Position numbers and translations under genes: made by a program
Notes under the pieces: model-generated
What the model was told of the DNA's origin: nothing
Database searches by the model: none
Seen by the model: the letters and a program-made list of their open reading frames with translations, nothing else
Shown: piece by piece, positions 57,740 to 64,000 of the stretch
How the letters are laid out: every line of letters starts with the position of its first letter
Position numbering within the stretch: position 1 is the first letter of the stretch
DNA from: Dehalococcoidia bacterium
GTDB lineage: Bacteria > Chloroflexota > Dehalococcoidia > Lucifugimonadales > UBA2985
Reading direction: 5' to 3'
Length of the DNA stretch: 64,000 nucleotides
NCBI GenBank assembly: GCA_965247645.1
Contig: OZ252024.1
Span: 865,683-929,682, forward strand

Positions 57740-57767
57740 TGGTCAACTCACATTTCTAGGATATAAT
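57740..57767 (+). promoter_or_regulatory. Candidate promoter for the vWA gene
   Basis: TGGTCA, 16 nt, TATAAT (57762-57767) in an AT-rich stretch about 110 nt upstream of ATG 57876. Confidence 0.3.
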
Positions 57768-57875
57768 GCGCGGACACTTCGCCCGCATATGGGGAGGTAA
57801 TGGATTGACGCTCTGTCCGAATCGTTGCGTCCCAGTCGATGGCCGGAGAGCCAAATACACTAGGGAGGAATTGCA

Positions 57876-59624
57876 ATGACGAGATTCCTGGCAATAACCT
57901 TGCTCACAATCATGGGGTTGCTCACATTTGCTGCGTGTGGTGGTGAGGAAGCGACACCAACCCCCCAAGGAGGAACAATCGCCGATGGCGTACAGGCGGC
58001 GCGGCCCACCGCTACAACCCCCGCCAGGATGGAGCCGACTGCCACTGCGTTCCGCGCGCGGCCGACCGCTACAGCTGTGCCTGCGGCTATGGTGGAGGCT
58101 ACGGCTGCGCCTGGGGAGCCTACGGCTACGGCGGTGAGGACTGCGAACGACATGAGGGAGCCTACGGCTACGGCGGTGTCACAGGGCGCTCCTCCTCCCG
58201 ACACGACTTTCGTGGACTACCTGCGGGAACGGTTCGTTTCCGCAGCTGAAGACAACGTTTCCACCTTCAGCTTGGATACAGACCGCACTTCCTACTACCT
58301 GGCCCTGAACACGGCTCGGGCCGGGTATGAAGTTGACCCCGACTCCGTAAGGGCTGAGGAGTGGATCAACGCCTTCAATTACAACTACAAGCGCCCTCTG
58401 CGCGACGACAGCTTCGCCATCTCCACTGACGTCTTCCGGCATCCCCTGGACGGACGTATGCACCTTGCCCGCATTGCGTTCCAGGCGCCTGAGATAGACT
58501 ATGACGCCACGCCGGTCAACGTCACCCTGGTGCTGGACGCGTCAGGCTCCATGGCCGATGGCGACCGCGTCTCAATCGCACGGGAAGCGGCGGACAGCAT
58601 CAGACGCAGCCTGCGCGACCGCGACCGCATCGCGGTAGTCCACTTCAGCACCGACGTACTCAGAGAGTTCACCGTCGAGCATTCACACCCCGACGACGCA
58701 GATGTGGCCAACTCCATCAGCCGTCTCTCCCCCAACAGCTCCACCAACGTACAAGCGGGGCTGGACCAGGGTGTGCGACTTGCCGACAGGGCGCGGCGCG
58801 ACAACCCGGACGCCTACAACTACATCATCCTGATGTCTGACGGCGTCGCTAACGTGGACGCCACCGATCCCTTCGCCATACTGGAGTCCGCCGGCGAGCG
58901 TGACAGCAGCAACCCCCTGCGTCTTATCACCATCGGCGTGGGCATTGAGAACTTCAACGACTATCTTCTGGAGCAGCTAGCCCAGCATGGCAACGGCTGG
59001 TACCGCTACCTGACGGACACCGGGCAGGCAAGGGCCACCTTCAGCCGCGAGAACTGGCTGGCCCTGTCCATTCCCTTCGCCGACCAGACCCGCGCCCAGG
59101 TGACTTGGGACCCCGATGTGGTGGACGCGTGGCGCATTGTGGGCTATGAGAATCGCGTCACCTCGGACGAGTCCTTCACGGAGGCGCGCCGCGAGTTTGC
59201 GGAGATACCCGCGGGCACGGCCACAACAGTCTTCTACGAGTTGGAGTTGAAGGACCCACAGTATGCCGGATCCCTGCACTTGGGAGAGGTGGAACTGCGA
59301 TGGGTGACGCCCTCCAGCGGGGAGTCCAACCGGCAGCACACCGGCATCACCGGTCAGAACAACATCGCATTCTACGCGGTCAACGACTCCATGCTACGGC
59401 TAGGGGCGCTGGTTGCCCTGTCGGCAGACCGTTATAGCAGCCTGCCCTTTGCCGACTCTGACAGTCCGTCAGTGCACCAGGACCTCCTTTACCTCATGGA
59501 CGAACTGCGGTCGCTGGACAGCAGCTTGGGGAGCTTGGGCGCTTATCAGGATGTGCTCTTCCTGCTGGACCATATAACGCGGTATTCACAGGATGCTGTG
59601 GAGCCTTCAGGTTATAGCCAGTAG
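57876..59624 (+). CDS. von Willebrand factor A domain lipoprotein (YfbK-like, vWA plus DUF3520-type C-terminus)
   Basis: LLTFAAC lipobox, NVSTFSLDTDRTSYYLA, EEWINAFNY, MIDAS context VTLVLDASGSMADGDR, and ...WRIVGYENR. Confidence 0.85.
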   Translation: MTRFLAITLLTIMGLLTFAACGGEEATPTPQGGTIADGVQAARPTATTPARMEPTATAFRARPTATAVPAAMVEATAAPGEPTATAVRTANDMREPTATAVSQGAPPPDTTFVDYLRERFVSAAEDNVSTFSLDTDRTSYYLALNTARAGYEVDPDSVRAEEWINAFNYNYKRPLRDDSFAISTDVFRHPLDGRMHLARIAFQAPEIDYDATPVNVTLVLDASGSMADGDRVSIAREAADSIRRSLRDRDRIAVVHFSTDVLREFTVEHSHPDDADVANSISRLSPNSSTNVQAGLDQGVRLADRARRDNPDAYNYIILMSDGVANVDATDPFAILESAGERDSSNPLRLITIGVGIENFNDYLLEQLAQHGNGWYRYLTDTGQARATFSRENWLALSIPFADQTRAQVTWDPDVVDAWRIVGYENRVTSDESFTEARREFAEIPAGTATTVFYELELKDPQYAGSLHLGEVELRWVTPSSGESNRQHTGITGQNNIAFYAVNDSMLRLGALVALSADRYSSLPFADSDSPSVHQDLLYLMDELRSLDSSLGSLGAYQDVLFLLDHITRYSQDAVEPSGYSQ

Positions 59625-59689
59625 CCCGTAATATGCGACGCGCCATGACGCTGGGTGGCGGCCACCCAGCGTCTGGCGTACTGGCGGGC

Positions 59690-59855
59690 AGGAATCCTTA
59701 CGCTAAAATCACCGCGGGCCGCGGAGCCGGGCAGCCTTCCCAACTTGAAGGTCCTGTATCTATTGGCCAACAGGTTGACCGGCTGCCTGCCGCGCGATCT
59801 GCTGAGCCAGTTGAACTTGCGCCTGTCAGACGTTGGCGATCTCCGTTTCTGCTGA
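59690..59855 (+). pseudogene. 3-prime remnant of an LRR protein gene (paralogue of the gene at 1..418)
   Basis: ...EPGSLPNLKVLYLLANRLTGCLPRDLLSQLNLRLSDVGDLRFC* begins directly after the vWA stop. The upstream repeats are degraded. Confidence 0.5.
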
Positions 59856-59867
59856 GGATTTGTAGCC

Positions 59868-60008
59868 TCAGCCGGAGGCTCTCAGCATCTCATCCAGGAT
59901 GTCTCGAAGCGCATCCTCCATCCGGACCGGGCCGGCAAACTTGCGGGCCACCCTGCCCTCCGGGTCGATGAAGAGCTTTACCGGGATGCCGTTTACGCCG
60001 TATTCCAC
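59868..60008 (-). pseudogene. C-terminal fragment of a TlpA/ResA-like thioredoxin-fold protein
   Basis: EYGVNGIPVKLFIDPEGRVARKFAGPVRMEDALRDILDEML. TAA lies two codons upstream, and there is no CxxC-bearing N-terminal part. Confidence 0.5.
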
Positions 60009-60245
60009 TTACTGGGATCCAAACCAGCTTCCCTGTCTTTTAATCGACAACAAAAGCTCCGCTATTTGGGGGTGGTCGATTTGGATGCATCTGGGGCCGA
60101 ACAGGCATGCAGTGTCAACCCTAAGGCTCGCGGGGTAGCCGGGTATGTGATTCCCTATTGATATGTTGTAGGATGACCCTTAGCAATATGGATTCAGAGG
60201 GAGCCGATAGAAGCTTATTGTGTCAAGCGCCAGTCCAAGAGGGAG

Positions 60246-60350
60246 ATGAGCAACCCTCAAGCCATTACGATGAAGAATGGCCGCCCGGCCACTCAGGGTG
60301 TATGCCCAGTGTGCTCCACAAAGACGTTTCGCATCGGCAAAAATGCATAG
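60246..60350 (+). CDS. Small DUF5679-like zinc-ribbon ORF (34 aa), possibly degenerate
   Basis: MSNPQAITMKNGRPATQGVCPVCSTKTFRIGKNA with RBS agaggGAG. The in-frame upstream codons read EAYCVKRQSKRE, so the ancestral first CxxC looks changed to CxxR and has no start codon. Below the ORF-track size cutoff. Confidence 0.4.
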   Translation: MSNPQAITMKNGRPATQGVCPVCSTKTFRIGKNA

Positions 60351-60423
60351 TCCGGATCTTCCGGAAGACCCCGGCCACAGCGGACGCCTATCTCAGATTT
60401 GGATTCAGGGCTAAGGAAATAAC

Positions 60424-61719
60424 TTGGCAAAGACCGCTTCCAAAACCGCCATCCCGCCGCAGATCAAGCGGAACACGGTGTATTTGGCCTCCTCCCAGGC
60501 CTTCAATGGCGCTGGCGCTCAGATGGTGCCAACGCTGGGACCAGTGCTGGTAACCCAAATGATCGGATCGGCTACTCTTGCCGGGATCGGTTCCAGTATC
60601 ACAGGGCTCAGCCGACTGATCATCGCCTATCCCATTGGCAGGTTCACCGACGCCTTCGGCAGAAAGGCAGGGGTCATCCTTGGGTTGCTTCTGGTAGGGT
60701 CCGGCGCTTCGATCACGGGCATCTCAGCCGTAATAGAGTCATTCCCCGTTTTCGTTCTGGGCATATTTGTCCTCGGTCTGGGCACAGGCGCGGTCCAGCA
60801 GCTGCGGGTAGCAGCAACAGACATGTACCCGCCCAATCGTCGAGCGGAGGGGTTGGGGTTGGTCCTTACCGGATCGCTGGTAGGCGCTCTTGCTAGCCCA
60901 ATCCTCATCAAGACCTCAGAAACAGTCGCAGGTGGTATCGGCCTAGAGCCAATCGCCCTTGCATGGTTCTTCATACCCATCCTCGTGATCGCCAGCATGC
61001 TTGTGGTCCTGCAAGTTCGACCGGACCCCAAGGAGATCGCCTCCAACCTTGCCGACTACTACCCCGACTACAGGCCGTCGGAAACGCCACAACGTGCCAC
61101 AGGCAAAGTCGGGCTTCTCTATTTCCTTAATCACTACCCAAAGCTAACCGCCTTTATGTCCATGTTCTCCGCACAGGGCAACATGAATATGATGATGGTC
61201 ATGACCGCTATCGCCCTGCGCCGCCACGACTACACCCTAACCGCGATTTCTATCTCCGTTGCTATTCATGTCATCGGGATGTTCGGGTTCTCCCTGCCGC
61301 TAGGGAAACTTACCGACAGGATAGGCCGAAAGAACGTGATGCTGTTAGGGCTGGGCCTAGCCTCGGCCGGGTCATGGCTTGTCGTGGCAACGTCCGCTTA
61401 CGTAGTTATAACCACGGGCACCTTCTTTGTAGGTCTAGGCTGGTCCTGCGTCAACATAGCCGCAACCGCCCTCTACGCAGACACTACCAGTCCCGCCGAA
61501 CGCGGTCGCGTCATAGGCGCCAACGATACATTTACCGCCGCAGCTGCTATCGCCATGCCCCTTGTGGGCGGCGTAGTGGTAGAATATCTGGGCTTACGCA
61601 TGCTGGGTTTCTTTGGCATGGGTTTGATGGCGCCTCCGCTATTCCTATTGCTTAGATTGCGTGAGTCCCATCCCGGCGTATACCAGGACCGAAGCAAGGC
61701 CGACGCCAAGCCAGCATAA
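60424..61719 (+). CDS. MFS transporter
   Basis: 431 aa with about 12 TM segments. The motif-A-like GRFTDAFGRK and its second-half counterpart GKLTDRIGRK are present. TTG start as given by the track. Confidence 0.85.
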   Translation: MAKTASKTAIPPQIKRNTVYLASSQAFNGAGAQMVPTLGPVLVTQMIGSATLAGIGSSITGLSRLIIAYPIGRFTDAFGRKAGVILGLLLVGSGASITGISAVIESFPVFVLGIFVLGLGTGAVQQLRVAATDMYPPNRRAEGLGLVLTGSLVGALASPILIKTSETVAGGIGLEPIALAWFFIPILVIASMLVVLQVRPDPKEIASNLADYYPDYRPSETPQRATGKVGLLYFLNHYPKLTAFMSMFSAQGNMNMMMVMTAIALRRHDYTLTAISISVAIHVIGMFGFSLPLGKLTDRIGRKNVMLLGLGLASAGSWLVVATSAYVVITTGTFFVGLGWSCVNIAATALYADTTSPAERGRVIGANDTFTAAAAIAMPLVGGVVVEYLGLRMLGFFGMGLMAPPLFLLLRLRESHPGVYQDRSKADAKPA

Positions 61720-61989
61720 GCCCGCTAAAGCTGTCGTCAGTAGTATACCTGGAGAGTACTGATTGTATTGATTCCACGATCTCGTTTGTATTGTCCTCTG
61801 AGCCTGAGGAGTCCTCTTACGGGAGATTCCGGTCAGCACGTCCTGAATCCCGGAAGCGGTACTCTTGGGCCGTAGATCGAGATACCCATAGCTAGAGTCT
61901 GGGTTGTAAGAGATCAGCCTGAGGCCCTCGGCTTCCAACTTGCAGGTCAAGTCCCCTAGAATGGGCCTAAGCAGACTGAATTGCGAACT

Positions 61990-62320
61990 TGACCTGACCC
62001 CCTAAAACTGAGCCAGTTATAAACTCGTAGACTGGAGTTGTTGAAATGGGCAACAGATGGCAAGGAAGGGGTATACACCGGAGCAGATAATAGGGAAGCT
62101 GCGCGAAGTGGAAACGCCGGCGCCCAAAGGGCGCGCCATACGAGGATCTGCAAGGAAGGTAGGTGTATCTGATCACGCCTACTATGTGTGGAGGAAGGCG
62201 AATGGCAGCATGGGTGTGGAGCAGGCCAGGAGGTTCAAGGATCCGGAGAAGGAGAACGTACGGCTTGAGAGGTTGGCGGCGGACCTGAGCTTGGACAAGG
62301 ACATGCTGATATAATGGTCA
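61990..62320 (+). mobile_element. Left end of an IS3-family element (IRL plus OrfA only), truncated
   Basis: IRL-like TGACCTGACCCCCTAAAACTGAGCCAG at 61990. OrfA 62057..62314 reads MARKGYTPEQIIGKLREVE...VGVSDHAYYVWRKANGSMGVEQARRFKDPEKENVRLERLAADLSLDKDML. No OrfB: the ABC-F gene starts at 62336. Confidence 0.65.
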
Positions 62321-62335
62321 CCCGGATGGGGAAAA

Positions 62336-64000
62336 ATGCTACTTGTATCCGACATCAGTAAAGCCTACTCAAACAAGACGCTGTTCAGTGGTCTCAACCT
62401 GGTTGTGGCCGCCGGAGACCGCATTGCGCTGATAGGCGCAAACGGCTCCGGGAAGACCACACTTATGGACATTCTGGTAGGCGATACCTCACCGGATTCA
62501 GGGAGTATATCCAAACGACGCAACGTCTCTATAGGCTATCTCAAGCAGGAGCCTGAATCGTTTACCGGCAAACCCCTCCTCCAGGAGGTGTTGGACGCTA
62601 GATCTGATGTGGTTGCTCTCACGGAAAGGGTTACTGTCACACGGGAGGCTCTCTCGTCGGAGCGTGATCCAGTTAGGCAAGCCGATCTAATGAAACGCCT
62701 CGGCCAGCTTGAAGTGGCGCTGGAAGCCACAGGTGGAGGCGACAGGGATCACGAGGCCAAGGCTATCCTCTCGGGACTTGGGTTTAAGCAAGGCGATTTT
62801 CTCCGGCCAATGGGCGAGTTCAGTGGCGGCTGGGTCATGCGGGCAGGCCTTGCCAGGCTGCTGTTCAAGAAGCCCGACCTTCTACTATTGGACGAGCCAA
62901 CCAATCACCTTGACCTTGATGCAAACTTGTGGTTTGAGAAATACTTGGCCTCTTTTCAAGGTGGCGTGATCGTCACATCTCACGACCGCGCTTTTCTGAA
63001 TCAGGTTGCAACCAAGGTTCTTGCCATTGAGGAGGACGAGGTGGTCCTCATGAAGGGTGACTATGACGAATACCTTATTGCGCGTGAGAGCTTCCTGAAG
63101 GTCAAGCAGGCGGCCGCGGCCAGGCAGGATCGCGAGATACAGAGGCAAATGCGATTTATCGACCGTTTCCGGTCCAAGGCACGGAAGGCCACTCAGGTGC
63201 AGAGTCGCTTGAAGCAGCTTGAGAAGGTGCAGAGGATTGAGCTGCCAAGGACGACCAGCAAAATCCGCTATTCCTTTCCGGAGCCACCCCGCAGCGGTTT
63301 AGAGGTCATATCGTTGACCAACGTCAGCAAATCCTACGGCGAAAACGCGGTTTACAGTGGGGTGAATCTGGCGCTTTCGCGCGGCGACCGCGTTGCCCTC
63401 GTCGGGCCAAACGGCGCCGGCAAGACCACTATGTTGAAGATGCTCGCAGGCGTCCTTTCACTTGATGAGGGAGAGAGAAGAACCGGCCACAATGTGGTGA
63501 CGGCCTACTACGCACAGCATGTACTTGAACTCCTCAATCCAATCAATACGATCATTGAGGAGCTGCAACATGCGGCGCCAAGGGAATCGGAACAGAACCT
63601 TCGCACCACGCTGGGCGGATTCATGTTCAGCGGAGACGACGTCCGTAAGCCAATTTCAGTGCTGTCAGGCGGAGAGAAGGCGCGCGTGGCCTTGGCCAAG
63701 CTGCTTCTCCAGCCCAGCAACCTGCTACTCATGGATGAGCCGACCAACCATCTTGACATCGCCTCCAGGGAGGTACTCGCGGACGCCCTCGAGGACTACC
63801 ACGGCACCATTTGTATAATAACCCATGACCGGACTCTCATACGGCATGTTGCGAACAAGATAATTGAGATTGACGCCGGACAGCCCACGGTCTACCCCGG
63901 CGACTACGACGCCTATTTGTACCGGAAGCAGACGGAGGCCGGTAACGGAAGCGCCAACTCAGCAGCCAACGGAGCGATTCGCGCAGCTTCAGAAAGTGTC
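62336..64000 (+). CDS. ABC-F family ATPase (tandem ABC domains), C-terminus beyond the window
   Basis: From ATG 62336: [63 protein letters not shown], a linker, then [14 protein letters not shown] and [32 protein letters not shown]. Open to position 64000 (555 codons). Confidence 0.9.
   Translation, partial: MLLVSDISKAYSNKTLFSGLNLVVAAGDRIALIGANGSGKTTLMDILVGDTSPDSGSISKRRNVSIGYLKQEPESFTGKPLLQEVLDARSDVVALTERVTVTREALSSERDPVRQADLMKRLGQLEVALEATGGGDRDHEAKAILSGLGFKQGDFLRPMGEFSGGWVMRAGLARLLFKKPDLLLLDEPTNHLDLDANLWFEKYLASFQGGVIVTSHDRAFLNQVATKVLAIEEDEVVLMKGDYDEYLIARESFLKVKQAAAARQDREIQRQMRFIDRFRSKARKATQVQSRLKQLEKVQRIELPRTTSKIRYSFPEPPRSGLEVISLTNVSKSYGENAVYSGVNLALSRGDRVALVGPNGAGKTTMLKMLAGVLSLDEGERRTGHNVVTAYYAQHVLELLNPINTIIEELQHAAPRESEQNLRTTLGGFMFSGDDVRKPISVLSGGEKARVALAKLLLQPSNLLLMDEPTNHLDIASREVLADALEDYHGTICIITHDRTLIRHVANKIIEIDAGQPTVYPGDYDAYLYRKQTEAGNGSANSAANGAIRAASESV

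Noticed and set aside
61645-61950. 101-aa reverse ORF overlapping the 3-prime end of the MFS gene (LEAEGLRLISYNPDSSYGYLDLRPK...).
   Set aside because: It overlaps a well-supported gene and matches no family I can name. It may contain debris next to the IS3 end, but I cannot support a call.

Overview
High-GC (about 60% by eye) bacterial chromosomal window. Many lipoproteins carry Pro/Thr-rich linkers, which suggests a monoderm, possibly Chloroflexota-like lineage; this is inference only. The backbone is housekeeping genes: dtd, a PcrA/UvrD helicase, tRNA-Ala, aroA, rmuC, crcB, rnd, typA and an ABC-F ATPase. Three things are interleaved with them. (1) Very large secreted or surface proteins: a 4321-aa protein with six blocks of exactly seven FG-GAP-like blades separated by FN3 modules, and a 1385-aa lipoprotein joining a trypsin-like domain with all three catalytic positions substituted to about two dozen TolB/PD40 repeats. 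(2) A run of eukaryote-like families: LRR, scramblase, serpin, GOLPH3/GPP34, cadherin, vWA and CAP. (3) Unusually dense gene debris, about 18 fragments or frameshifted genes. These include IS3 remnants, one apparently intact IS481-like element inside a glycine-betaine transporter locus, integrase, AlpA, RHH, PIN and serine-recombinase fragments, and a group II intron RT fragment. I cannot confidently name a new system. The best candidates are (a) a co-directional, partly decayed cassette between crcB and rnd (recombinase fragment, DUF2779 Cas4-like nuclease, zinc-finger/HNH gene split over two frames, RHH pseudogene, possible PD-(D/E)xK protein), (b) an NRPS-like A-T-R reductase that lacks the alpha-amino-binding Asp, followed closely by a CAP-domain gene, and (c) a roughly 42% GC orphan gene pair at 12.5-13.3 kb. 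All domain calls rest on motif recognition by eye; no searches were run.
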